Source: Zygnema circumcarinatum SAG 698-1b
Taxonomy: Eukaryota > Plantae > Zygnematophyceae
Direction: 5' to 3'
Length of the DNA stretch: 64,000 nucleotides
NCBI GenBank assembly: GCA_037447605.1
Contig: CM074806.1
Coordinates: forward strand, 2,790,001-2,854,000
Part shown: positions 34,406 through 47,700 of the stretch, one piece after another
Layout: each line of letters begins with the position of its first letter
Numbering within the stretch: the stretch's first letter is position 1
Notes under the pieces: model-generated
What the model saw: only the letters and a program-made list of their open reading frames with translations
Told to the model about the DNA's origin: nothing
The model's database searches: none
Translations under genes and position numbers: made by a program

Positions 34406-37396
34406 TCACCTGGGCGCATTGGCGAGAAGAGTTTTGCTCAATTCCGCTGCCTTTTCTTCAGACGCAACTTTGATGAGGTACATGTATCGCTTTGAAACCG
34501 TGCCGCCGCCATCGCTTGAAGCCGATTCTGACTCGTGCTGGAGACAAAAGCCGGAGCACATCATTGCGAATAAGAATACACTTGCTTTCTTACGGTAACC
34601 AAGACTTTATGAATACTTGAGAAAAGAAAGACTAGCTTGAGATTATGCCAATAGATGTCAAGCTCAGAGTAAAGAAATGAACTTAGTAATCAGACGAAAT
34701 GAGATAGATAAGCGGGCGAGAGAGAATACCGTCGAGAATAACGCAACCATCACTTTTGTTTTTGTGACACTTGTGTCCATGCCTTTGTAAAGTAGAGCAT
34801 TTATGAGTAGTCGTCCGACCTGAGAGCCAATATGCCACCTGTGGTCAGTGATCAGCTGCCAATCCTGCCATCGGCCTCAGTTCAGTGCGGTTCGGCAGCC
34901 TTGACTAGCACCCACCTCAGTTCTGAAATGGACTCGCGGAGGAGCCTCCTCTCGACCATCCGACGGCGGATACGCTTTCAAGCTCAACATTCCAAAGCCC
35001 ATGTCCTTCCACTCTTTGGAGTCGCCCTGAAAGCAGGCCAACCAAACACAGACCATACTACCTCACTCCGTGTCCTCCTCTCACCCTTCATCTAGGTTCT
35101 GCTATTTAAATGGCATGGTGGATAAAGGAGTGCCTGTGAGAGAAACCATGAAGTTTAGGAAAACCCCGTCACAAGAAAACTGTGTCTTTTTTTGGTTTGA
35201 AGAAGAATCACCAGCCACACCTGCCATACCTGAACGTACAGCTTGGAGCGAGTCTCATACAGCACTTTCACCCCCGGCTCCTCCGCTTTCTTCAGCGATG
35301 GGCTCGGAGGCCGCTCCTCTGCAACATCCACTTCGTACCATAGTCAACCCCATCACCTCTCATCACTGCAGGCTATGAACATATAGCTAATGGTGACCTT
35401 TCTTCACAAGACGCAAAAATAAAGAAGATAAGATCGCAACAAAAGATACTGGCTAGCATCCACATACCTTCGTCATCTTTTCCTTCTTCTGCAGCTTCTG
35501 CGGAGCCCTGGAGAGCAGGCTGTGCGACATTCAACGGTGTCGCCGGAATATTGAAAAGAGAGGGCGGGCCGGTAGAAGGTGCAGAAAATATCCCGGTACG
35601 AAAACCTCCACCAGATGAGAGAGTAGTTGGCACAGTTGCAGACGCCGAATTCCCAAAAGTCACTCCTCCTCCAAAAATGGATGAAGTTTGCGCAGAACCA
35701 ACCCCCCCATTACTGCCGGAGAGAAAGCTGCCCCACATGGGGACCCTCGGCTTTTGCTGGTCCAATGTAGAGGCTCCCAGACCTGCACTTGAGAAGGGCG
35801 AAGTCGTCACAGTAGCAGTGGAATCAGGGAATGCCGCATCAGGTTTTGAATAGGCAGTTGGTTGTGGTTCCACGCTCGCATTTGCAGGTTTTGATGAAAG
35901 CCAATCAGCCACTTCCTTGAAGTCGGCCTGCAATGCCGTCAGGGACAACTACTTGTGAGTGGGAGAGAAGCATGCATCATGCTACACCATCACATTAACA
36001 TGCTACGCGACAATCCGACAAAAGACATTGTGCAATAGAACCGGAGAGTGAAAAGGTGGGGGGCGAACAAGAATGCTTGAAGCATGGTGAATGTAATCCC
36101 GCACTCCATCAGTCCAGAGTTCATCACCATGCTCCTTCAGCTGTGCCTGCACCCAGCTGTGTTGGGAAAGTCCATGCCCATATAGTCCTCAATGACCAGT
36201 GAAACTCAAAATATTCTAGCAACTGCAATTTAATAACATGCACTTGTAACGGCTTCACATGTGAGAAGCTCCCCTTACATAATGGAAAAAGTCTTACAAC
36301 TTACCTGGTGAATTGTTTATTGAGAGCACGAACGTGCAGCAGGCATGCCCTCTGCCTTTCTGTGGTCGGTGTCAGCTGGTTCGAGTTCCTTGTCTGGTTA
36401 CCATCTGAAAAAACTCTGGACGCTTCCGAACTTGGTGTCGAAGAAGGAAAGGCTGTCGAATCCTGCTAACCAATCAATCCACTTTGTCAGATCCACGCCT
36501 GCATCGCATTTCCCATTTTAGGTGCATCGCATCGCAGCGAGGCGAAAGGAAACATGTGGTAGGAAGTTGAGGAAAAAGCAAGTACAGGCTTATTTTGATG
36601 TGCCGCTAAGATTCTCGCCAAAACTAGCAAAGAAGTAATATCTGTCATCGTTAACGTTGATTAAAAGCAGGCTGTCATTCTATTGATGCCAAATTTACTG
36701 GTTCCGTCCTTTCAAAGCACAATAAGTCTTAGCCAGTATCAATACGCCATATGCAATCTAAGCAATGTTAAAAGGACCATGTTATCCAATTGACGCTACC
36801 GACATTCAGCTTCTTACTTGCAATGTCGACGTGAACTAATCGCCTACATTTTCTATGAACGCGCCTCTCAAAAGGTAACTAAGCTTGATTGCCTATTGAA
36901 CTTTCATCCTTCTAAACCTTGCAAGTACGAAATTTCTGAAAGCAATTAAACTGTAGTGTAAAAGGACAAGGGGGCGATGAAAGGATGGAGCCATGGAGAG
37001 GGTGTTTGGGAGGGAGCGGGAGAAAGAGGGTAAAATAGAGGGGAAGATAGAATAGAAGGTGTAGGAAGGAGGAGAACGAGAGCGGAAGAGCGACAGAAAC
37101 AAAGAAATAGACTAGCGGAAAGAAAGAATTCCCTGCCTACTTTTCTGGTCAATACAACACGGGTTCCCCTTAAGCAAAATAAAAAGAAAACAAAACTTCG
37201 ACCTCTCAGACACATAACCATTAACATATCGCGTTCTTTCGTTCTTCTTGTCTCTCTCCAGTTGCTGAAAGAAGAAACATAGTGCCGCCCCGCCCAAGGA
37301 GGGTTCCTTTCCCCTGTTGCAGAGAGCCAGGGTTCAGGCTGCTCTCACTCTTTCGTCGAAGGCGGAGGCCTCCTCTGTCCTCCTCGAGCGCTTCAT
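34406..37396 (-). CDS. Nup50/Nup2-like nucleoporin (N-terminal NUP50 region, FG-like linker, C-terminal RanBP1-like PH domain); 5' exon uncertain
   Basis: Spliced segments HVRALNKQFTS|WVQAQLKEHGDELWTDGVRDYIHHASSIL|ADFKEVADWL; an SSIFGGGVTFG linker; EERPPSPSLKKAEEPGVKVLYETRSKLYVQ|GDSKEWKDMGFGML...FRTE|VGRLLINALLYKGM; and YLIKVASEEKAAELSKTLLANAPR*. These resemble the plant Nup50b-type protein as I recall it. Confidence 0.72.
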
Positions 37397-38561
37397 GCTT
37401 GTCCACGAGGCGGCGAGGAGAGCTCTGGGAGTCCCACGTGTCACGAGCAGGCGCGAGGGCGAAGAGCAGCAGCCCCTTGCGCTGCAGGAGGAGCGCAGTA
37501 CCGCTGGGGACCCCCGAGTGACCCAATGGTCCCTGCTTGCTTTACAGCGCAGAGCATAAAAAGCATTTGTGCTGAAAACAAAACCATTTAGCAACGAGGC
37601 TTGTTGTGTGCGGTCGGAACATGGCTCCTGATTCGCAGCTCATAGGAAAGATCAACGCTGCTTGAGAGGTAATCGTGTAAATTGTCTGCGATTGTTTTTC
37701 AAGGGTATACGATGTTTTGCATCTGTGTATGAGGGATCGTCCTCTTTTGCAAGTTAAGGTTCGAGGTTAAATAACCATTAACCTTTACCCTCAATGGTTG
37801 GAAATTGTGACGTTGATCAATTGTGCATTGAAAATACACTAAATTTTTCCGCATGTATGCATTCTCCCGGCTGACAATTCACTGAGTTCATTTGTGACTA
37901 TGACAGGGACGGGATTTGGATCTTGTTCGGCAGACAGCAGATGACCGGAGTTGGGCCCAGAAGAGCTGAAAAAGGAAATCAGCAATCTCCCCAAAACCTT
38001 AAACCATCATCCACAACTCTGCAGAGTTCACGGGAACAACAGAGTGCATTTTACCATTTAAAGACAAAGGCGGAGCTACACCGGGCAACGGCACAACTAA
38101 CAGCTTCTTTGCAGGTTACGAACAATTAACCTGCAAGTCAAACACAACTGGAACGAATTCAATGACCAACTGCTCTCCTCTTTAGGAGGATTCGGGCACC
38201 GAATGACAGGGCGGCCCAGCCATGGGCAGAGAGCGAGCGTAATGTGTCTGCAAATGCGGCAAGAGCTGGCAAGGGAAGTTGTCTGCTGAGCACAAAATTC
38301 ACCTGCGCAGCAAGCAATAAGTAAATAGCAAGGTCATTTCGTCTATCTGAAAGAGGATGCGGCTTGTGATCTATCCCCCCTGAGTCCATACTTGCTGCTT
38401 CAATGGAGAGACCTTCACAAAACGAGTCAAATCAAAGTTGTCGGCAAAGCAAAACAGGTAAAGAGCGCATGTCATGGAAAAAGGGTTTTCCCAAGTCTTC
38501 TCCACAGTACAACAACAGAACCCATCTGAGGAAAGGGCTAAGAAAGTGAACCTAAAGGAAG

Positions 38562-41500
38562 TTATCTTTGTGGGCTTATTAGGCCCCGTCCACTTGGGGG
38601 CTCCATCAATTGCTTCATAATGTGATAGATCCACCGATCGACCATTCCTGCCATAAACACAAGCAGCAACAATTACCCCAGATGAGTGTGGGTGCCAAAA
38701 CAGAGAAGGCTGGAAATACAGAAGTTAAGCGCCGCCCTTTGCCTTTGCCTTTGCCTTTGCCCTTCATATGATTTACTCCTTGAACAAACGCACCGTCATT
38801 ACTCTACTAAGGCGAACAATTTCTGAATTGCATAAAAGCCGATTCTACACCAACCCTTCCTATTAAGAGAGAGGTACCCCTAACAAATTTGAATTTTTTC
38901 TAACTCCGCTTGCTTCAATACCAAGCTTCATTGTCCGCAGTCTTGGACAAAAAATCACGTTTCAAGTAGCCCTTCGCAAGAATTAAAAGGACTAGCTAAG
39001 GGCACGCTTCAGACTGACGGATTCAGTGATTTAAACAACCCACCTGTTAAAGCGAAGGCACCACCAACGACCGCACAAAGGCGTGTGAGAAAGTGGAAAA
39101 AGTTTCGTCTCTTTTCCGAGATGGTGACCATAATTGGTGAGAGGTCATACAAAAAGAACACAGCTGCAAAATGAAGCCAACCCAGAACTCGAACGTCAGC
39201 AATAGATTCTTCATCTTACAGATCAGATTCAACTTGATCTCATGTCTTCACCCACTGAAGCTCAATTCAGTTCCAGCCTCCATGCAAGCATCTGAAGCAG
39301 CCATCTGAAATCTCATTGCCGCTTTTCATCCACACAAAGACCGGCTCTGCGATTCACCTGGCAGCATGTTCTCATTCTTCTGTGGTGGTGTAAAATACTC
39401 TGTCACCGAGTATTGATTAGTGAGCATTTTCTTGCCATCCAGATGGCGATACTCTGTAGGGACAACCTGCATGCACCCATTTCAATCCTCTACTGTCAAT
39501 GTGGGCCTTGTGAGGGTGGATGAAGGAGAAAGAAAGGGCTGGTAGCTGTCGAAACACTTGAACTTCTCTTGCTCTAAAATAAGTTTGCTAGACTGCTGGA
39601 TCGAGAAGAAGCCCATCACCATCATTTCCTCATACCAGGGACTCACTTCCGACACCGTCTGCAGGTTGCTTTTAGCCACATCAATGAAGACCACAACTGC
39701 TGGCCCATAACGTGATCTCCTGTTGTTCAAAACATGTCTCACAGTGCCGTACAACCTCGGGAGGGAACAGCCCGAGAAGGTATTCATAGGTTACCTTGAG
39801 AAAGTACTTGAAGGTCCCTCCCGCTTCTTGCGCCCCCGGCTTCAGAATGCGGTCGAATCCGTCCAGCGGGTTGATAAGCCCTGGGTATTCGGACCCGAAC
39901 CCTAACCGGTGGATGTGGTGGCTAACATTCACTTCAGTGACGGCCCCAAACACCTGCTTCGCGCTGCGGGGTCGCTTTAGTTCCGTGTTGCTCTCTCCAG
40001 CACAGGATGGGGTTTGTGATCAAGGTAGAAAAAAAGGGTCAAAGGAAGGTCAACAGAATGATTTCCACTACAGAACGCACCTGTTGGAGGACATAGAAGC
40101 TGTGGCCGTGCACAGACACATGGAAGTTGCCTGCCACTCGCTGAACAAGGAGGTGACCGTGCAACTGCATGGCGAAGAATGGAAGAGAAGGAATGGGAAG
40201 TAAGGATAGATGATGGAGGAGAGAAGAGGAGGCCAGAAATATCGTCAGTCCACTTACACACTGGTTTACAAAAGAAACAGCGTTAGGACATAGAGCAGAA
40301 GGCATGGGTCTGCCACTTCGTAGGGCCTTCGAAAAAGAATGTCCAAATAGTATGAAGCAAAAGCATTAAAACTATTCTCTGCGACAATAATATCGACGGT
40401 ATGCTCTACTGGAGGAAAAATGGCTCTCCCTATTCATCACCAATTGTAATGAAACCGGGAATATACAAGACTCAGCTGATATAACTGCCTTGGACCAAGA
40501 AGAATTTGTTTTAAGCATGATTTAAAAGAAGGCCGTACCAGGCAGCCCTCGTGTTGTTCCAGAGCTTCCTTGATTTTCGTTATCTCTGCCAAACTCTCCG
40601 CTGCCATACTCCCGAAAATGTTATCAAACGGTCCTTGTGCAGCTGTTTCCAACCCACGACCCATTCTATCAGCGGAGACAGCAAGCGCTAAAAAGGCGCT
40701 GCATTGGCGCTCTGCTGCGTAGCTAAGCTTGAAAGCTTGCTCATTTTTAGCCTCCTGCAGCTTCCACTGTCGAGACATCTTTGAGTGGCTAAGGACAGCA
40801 GGAAAGTTATCAGCAACCCTTAAAGAACGTAATGGAAAAAAAGAGACAGGGGCTGAAGCGCTCAACCTGCCATCTGTTTTTTATGGTCATGCTTATGTTC
40901 CCCCTCCACCAGATCCCTTATGAGCTCCTTTCCGAGCCTGCCCCCATTCCTGTCCAGCCGCTCCTGCACCATGCAGCGGCCCTCAATCCCCTTGCAGCCT
41001 CTACAGGGAAGAAGGGGATCACAATCCCATGTCATGCATTTGATCGACATTACACAGCAGATACGTTCTGGGTCTCGTTCTCGTGCAGGCCCTAGGGTAA
41101 TCAACTGAGGGGACTCGGGGCTCAGGGAAAATTCTTAATATTCTTTGAAAAAAAGTATAGAGTTGCATGAATAGTGCGATTGGGCTGTGGAAGATAAGGG
41201 AGATATAAACATACTGAGATTGCCAGGCATGGGAGGAGGAGGTAAAGGCATGTTTGGCGAAGAAGTTATACATTTGCTAGAGGAAGGCTACAAACTCTCC
41301 CTCCTGTTTGAGTTTGCTTTGGCCATTATGTCATACTAACTTGCACATGGGATTACACAAAAGAGACTAAAGTAAAATCAAGTTGTGGAGAAGTCGACTG
41401 TATAAAGTGAGAAGTGGGTTGAGAATCCCCGACTAGGAACAAAAGGGAATTCCCATAGGGAGTAAAGGGGGGACAAAGGAAAAGTCACCTTAAAAATTGT

Positions 41501-43751
41501 AGTATGCAGGTCCACTTCATGCTTTCCCGACATGTCGAGAGCGTCCAAACTCAACACTGATCGACAAAGCCACAGTTTCAAACCATACGAACACACATAG
41601 AGACAGATTTTACACAGAGATATAAACAAAATAGAGATAAAGCATGCATGACACCTTGAGCAGCACGAAACTCAATCCTATGTGAGACATTGGCACTCTC
41701 ATTTCCTGCACGCCGTCCATAGAGAACCAACCTCTCTCCATGGTAATGCCATAAACCTCCCTCCCTTCCGCGAACCTAGACGTGTCTCATTCATTTCCAT
41801 ACATTGATACTTCACGAGTAGAACTATGAAGGAAGATCCATTTGGCAAATTACGATCACAGTAGACCTGATGCTCAAATCATGGCAATTATAAACTTGCA
41901 AGGTCATTTAAAGTGCATTGCTCACCTTGGCAAGGCAAGCCAGGGAAGGAAATGTTCATGACAATGTCCAGCAGCTGATTACGAGTATTGTCTACGGCCA
42001 TCTGTTCGTCCCGAAATTTGCCAGCCCAACAGATTGATGGCTTTGAAACTTCTCATGAGCATTCATGAAACCCCCTTGAAATACACTTGGCAAGATATCA
42101 GAGTCAAAGCAGAAGACTCAGAGTGATATACCTTCTATAAAAAAAAATTCATTAACAGTCAATTAATCCCTTAACGCGACTGCTTATTGAACGCTTGAAT
42201 ATTCGATGCAATCAACATATTCGCGACACATATGACATATACCTATCGAAGAAGAGAACCGAGTTCATGTATAACACTGTTCATAAAGAACAAAGAAAAG
42301 CCATAAGTACTTCCTATATGAACGAATCGTGATAATTCTGCAGGAAAGACCAAACTGGAGACGTAGTAGTCTTCCCATACGGCTGGACACAACCCCGTTG
42401 AACCCAATACTCAACGTTTCTATCCAAACTTGTTAACATTAGTTTGCCGAAGTATGCAATAGGCTGAGAAGAAATGGTGGACGAGGAGAATAACCAATCA
42501 GCTCTTTAGTTCTGATTAGCAAGTTTGAACTAGCTACCATACAAAAAAGGGAGCGGGAGGGTGGAGGGAGTTAATTTTTGAATTTACTGGGGTTCCTTTT
42601 GCTGTATTCCCAATCATTTTAGACTTACGTTTTTTTAAAATAAACAATATAATTGGGTTGAATGCAGTTCGAAATCAAATGCATGGGAGGCACACCACTG
42701 AGATACCGAGGCCAAAGTATTTGATCTATCTCGATATACCTATTAATCTAGAAGTATCTAACTGAGACTCACAAATGATCACTTGAGCAGAAGTTAAATT
42801 TCATCCACAGCTATTGAAAGCACAAAGCTACATAGAAAAAGCGCATTCCCACTCCACAATTGCCTCATCGAAGAGTTCCGTTATGTTCGTCTGCCTGTTT
42901 CTCCCAGCTTTTAAAACCCTGTGCTAATTCCAGTTGTAAAGTTCGCATGAGATCTAGGCTTACAAAGGTTCAAGCGAGCGGCGTTACCTCATGCACATCG
43001 TACGGTTTCAAATAGAATCCGAGCTCATGTACAAACAATATCACAGCAGTGAGAAGGCCCAAAATAGTAACTGCAGTTTCATGACCCCTCCACCCACCAT
43101 GACTCGTTGTTAGTACGTCAAAATGTACCCGCTTACATAAACGATAAGCGCAGTAAGACATTGATTATAATCTCTTTCTTCTATGTTTATGCATCAGCTG
43201 TAGTGGTCATCAGCTGCCGGGGCACCACCTATTTGCGCTTGTGGATAAAACAATTGGCCAATTCATTCTTTCTGTTTAAAAAGTAACTTTTCTTAGCGTG
43301 GCACGGATGTGGTTACAAAAAGGTTTCGAGAGATCGGATGGAAAACGTGCTATACTCGCCTAAAATTTTAGCAGGAGAGACGGGAGGTCACAAATATCAC
43401 TATCGTGAGGCCTTAAGAATACTCCTAAAGCTACCTATGCATGCATCTGCTCCGCCTCAACCAGTATGCTCACCACCTCAGTCCCTCTTATTACTTCTCC
43501 AACTTCTCGCTCTACCCTCCCTCACTCTTCCACCTTCTGTCTCCTCCACTCTCTACAATTCCCTCCTGCTCTCAACCCCTCCCTCCCTCTCTCTCTCTGC
43601 GTCCCCTCTGTAATCTCCGTCCACAGAAGCACCCGCACTGGTTCAGGGACGAAACGGTACCTATTGCCCCCGTGGCCGTCTTCTGCGTCAAATGATCCTG
43701 AGCTCGGGGGAACGCGTGGAGGCGGCTGATCGCCCCGAGCTTCACAGCCAT
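38562..43751 (-). CDS. ERGIC/Erv41-type ER-Golgi cycling membrane protein; about 11 exons
   Basis: MAVKLGAISRLHAFPRAQDHLTQKTATGAI|VTILGLL; ISFPGLPCQ|VLSLDALDMSGKHEVDL; EGCL|LHGHLLVQRVAGNFHVSVHG; NVSHHIHRLGFG; FKYFLK|VVPTEY; FLYDLSPI...FLTRLCAVVGG. It lacks the Cys-rich insert typical of Erv46/ERGIC3. Confidence 0.88.
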
Positions 43752-44780
43752 GGCTGCCGCCTGCTGCGACGCCTTCCCCTACCTCAGCGCATCCCTAGCC
43801 TTCAACCAGACCTCCCTCCCCCTCTCCCTCCCCCTCTCCCTCTCCCTCTCCCTCTCCCCGCGCAGCCCCGCAATGGAACGAACGACCTTCGCACGAGCCA
43901 CGTGCGCCTAAGGGCATGCCACGTGTCCAGCGGGCGGAAGAGGAGGGCAGGCCTTGAGGGCGTCACGTGGGGGAAGGAGCGCGTCCTGCCGGCGGGCGGA
44001 GGCGGCGGAGGAGGAGCGCGCCATGGAGGGAAGAAGGACCTTGGGAGCCACGACCGGGGGAAGATCAACCGCCGCCAGGTAGATCCAGAGCTGGAGGTGG
44101 ATCCCAGGGCTGGGACCAATTCTGTGTGGGCCATTGTTTGTGCGAAAAAATTACTTTTAGCGCTCGGAGTGCAAACGACCACGCGGTAACCGACCTTTCG
44201 CGAGCACTGCTGGCATGCATGCATGCATGCATTGTGCATGGCTTGCTGCATTGTAATGTCATTGTTTGTGCATACATGCATGCATGGCTTGCTGCATTTT
44301 AGTGCATTGTTTGTGCATGCATGCATGCATGTTGAGTCGCATAGTGGCATTGGTCGATCGATGCCCCATCCCTCGTGCCATGCCTGGCCAACACCCTCAC
44401 ATCGCGGCGACACCATACCACGAGCGTGTCTCATAACTAGCGAACGCCAGGGAGGGAGGGCAACAACAACATGAAAGGTGTCCAAACAAAACTCCGATCC
44501 ACCCGTCGCGCGCAATCGTCGGCGCGCGATTGCTCCGAACACGTCACGTTTGCGGCAGCCTTTGAACCCGCTAAGTGGATCCACGAGGGGACCCGACTCC
44601 ACGCCCCCCTCGGAAGGGAGGCTCCTGCATAAGCCGGCAGGCAGACAGGGGTCTCGGTGACGCCCAACACCGGCGGAGCTCCAGCCATGGCTGCTCCGCC
44701 TGTCTGACCGCTGGGAGAGGCAGGCCAGGAAGGCGGGGAATCTGGGCTGAATTTTCTTTCGTAGTACTGCTCCGGCAGCC
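43752..44780. promoter_or_regulatory. Candidate bidirectional promoter of the Erv41/Erv46 pair, with three G-boxes and an RY-like (CATG)n tract
   Basis: About 1030 bp separate two divergent ATGs. CACGTG occurs at 43899, 43920 and 43964. CATGCATG runs and a 46-bp-period direct repeat span 44213-44331. Confidence 0.55.
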
Positions 44781-47700
44781 ATGGATTATTTGAATAAGCT
44801 GAAGTTGCTTGACGCTTACCCTAAAATCAATGAGGACTTTTACTCGCGCACACTTTCTGGAGGCATCATCACTCTCGTGTCCTCCATATTCATGATCCTT
44901 CTCTTCTTCAATGAGCTCCGTGAGTCCCCTGCATTTCTTCTCGGCTTTCGCTACAGAGCGCAAAGGTCAGTTCAATGTGAGTGCGTGCGGGCTGACAATT
45001 GCGCTTTTTTTTCTTGATTTTGCAGGAATATACATGCATCACACTACCACCAACGAGTTATCGGTGGACACCACCCGAGGAGAAACCCTACAGATTAATG
45101 TGAGTTGACTCAGCTCGAACGTGCAGACTTTAGGGCTTCATTGCAGTCTCAAGTGAAAGAGTGTAGTATGTAAATTTTTCCCTCATATTAAAACGAAGCC
45201 GAGAATAAGGTTGCACGGACACTTCCCTGAGGGCATTCCAGAAGAAGATGGTGGGCCTACGTTGTTTTTCCCTTGCCGCGGGTTGGCCCTACAATTGTCT
45301 GCATGCAATCAAGCAAGGGAGAAACATGAATGCAAAAGTAAGCCTGCATTTATAATAATGGAATAATGCCACCTTCATACCGGCTCAGATTCCTTTTCAA
45401 TGCTTGTTATTCTTTGCTTCATTGAAGCCGACTGTGGATGTGGCAGTCATTTTCTCTTCATATGGAAAGTGTAATGCATACCGTAGCTGAAAGCTGCAGA
45501 AGAATGCGTGAGGGGGGCCAGGTAGACATCACATTCCCACGCTTGGCGTGCTCTGTCATCAGTTTAGACGCCATGGACATCAGCGGCGAGCAACATTTGG
45601 ATGTGGTGAGTGTTACAGTTTGTGAGCCATGCGCCGGATCAGACTGCCTCCTCACGTAACATGAAGGTCGGTGATTTTGTATTATCGTTTCGATTGTCTA
45701 ATCTGATTGAACTGAACAGAACGGCGGACTATAGCACCTAGATTTTTTTCTCGTTTCAAATTTCGGTTCGGTCAATGAATGAAAAAAGGCAAGACTGATA
45801 TGTCAGATTGGTTCCATCTGTATTTCGCAATAAAACAATTTTTTTTTTGTTTTTGGATTATAAGGTAATGGCACGTTTTGATTTCCATTCGTTATGATGT
45901 TTGCGTAATAGCTCTCCTGTACTTACTACTTAGGGTATCCAAGTACTTGTGTGCTGCGACGCTCTGATGCAACAGCTACGAGATGAAGATAGTGCACCGA
46001 CAAAGGCTTGAATAAAGATAAATTCGCCATTTTAAGTCCTAGAAAATATTCATCAATGTGGTTGTTCTCTGTTGTTCTTGGTGCATGGTCCTGATTCTAG
46101 AGTTTTTGTCATGTTTACGAGTGGTCAAGATAAAGCCTAACGGGTCCTTCCTTCGACATTTGACTGTGACGCGAAGCTTTGCACTACTTCATTGGCCTTA
46201 GCATTAGCTTTAGGGCAGTCGATCATTTCTTCTTTGGCGAAGCATTGCACTTTTTCCGGGGTCTAATCTTCATATGTGGGGTCACTATTTTCTGGGGGTG
46301 TTTCAATCATTTTCTATGTCGTTTTCTCTTTACTCCCTCAGAATCGCCCGTGATATTTTAATGAGTCGCATTTTAGCTTCCTTTCTCAAACTCTTGCAAA
46401 TAACTATGAAGGGATTATACATAAACCTGATGAAGAAGCGGCAGCCGACGATCAGCCAGTCAGAAAACCCAGGCTTCAACGGGAACAGAGGGAAAATACG
46501 ATCAGGAACTATAATCATCTGTGGCTTTGGATGGTCCATGCGTTTTGTACTGAAATGCAATAGTCGTGAATGACAAGTTTTGCGAAGTTATATTGCTTCT
46601 ATAGCTGAGGTCAAACTTATATTTTGGTTTTTTTCAAAGATACGAAGCGCTTTGTTTGACTCCGCAAAATCCGCACCTGGAGCATGATTAGAATGGACAA
46701 ATTTCTGTGTGAATACGATTTCTGAGTGCCTGCATGTATTGCAATAAACAGCAAGTGATCAATTCGCTTCTAGTTTTTTGCTGCCGCATAGCCTCTTGCT
46801 TGTGGCAATTGGATCAAGTTGTATTGAATTGGACTTTGTAACTTTCTTGTTGCTCTTGAATATGTCCTTTTGATTGTCTATGTTTAATTTTTGAGTGTTG
46901 AAGCTTTGAACTTGAGCCCAAGTGCATGCATGGCTCGTAATGAGTACCCGAACACTGTAGAAAGTGATGAGGCTGCGTTCTAGAATTTTGTTATATTGAT
47001 GGTATGGAGTGAAAATATATACTTAGTGTTAACTCTTGTTGTGTTTTGAATTTTAGGTGCATAACATCTTCAAACGGCGTATGGGTAAAGATGGCAAGTG
47101 GATTGACGGACCAGGCACAAAAGACACTGTTGGGGGGACAAAGGTGAGTCCTTATATCTGTAGGAGATGGCATGATGAATCGGATGCAGGCAAAATAGTT
47201 TCGTTGTAAGCTGTGTTGTTGTGAGAAAGACATAAGGCATGCCATTTTTTTCTAGAGGACGGTTAGATTACACTGTGGCAAAATTGTACTCTGCCTTATT
47301 GGCAGCTGTCAGAACCCACAGTAAGTCTTACATGTCGGAATCAGCTCATCTGTTGCGATTTTCCTTATGTCGGTTGCTGCAGGTGGACAAGCTGAAGGAC
47401 AAGCATGGTCGAGAGTTCTCAGCCAACGAGACGTATTGTGGCAGTTGTTACGGCGCCGAAGAGGTGCTGCAACTTGTGTCTTCCGTTGGAAATTGCACGT
47501 AGTGTCAACTTTTTTCTTTTGGCACAACTGCTTGTTGCTAATCTAGGCTCTAATGTGTTTCTGGTGCAGAAAGACCATGAGTGCTGCAACACATGTGAAG
47601 AAGTGCGAGAAGCTTACCGGAAACGGGGCTGGGCTTTCAGCACTCCTGATTCGATTGACCAGGTATGTATTCCTTCTTTCTTTGAAGTTGTTTCTGTCGT

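Noticed and set aside
43802-44782. 326-aa minus-strand ORF in the Erv41/Erv46 spacer
   Set aside because: A stop-poor GC-rich region including the CATG repeat. No domain or coding-like composition.
45606-47056. Long ERGIC3 intron as a possible transposon insertion
   Set aside because: I found no TIRs, LTRs, TSDs or transposase-like peptide.
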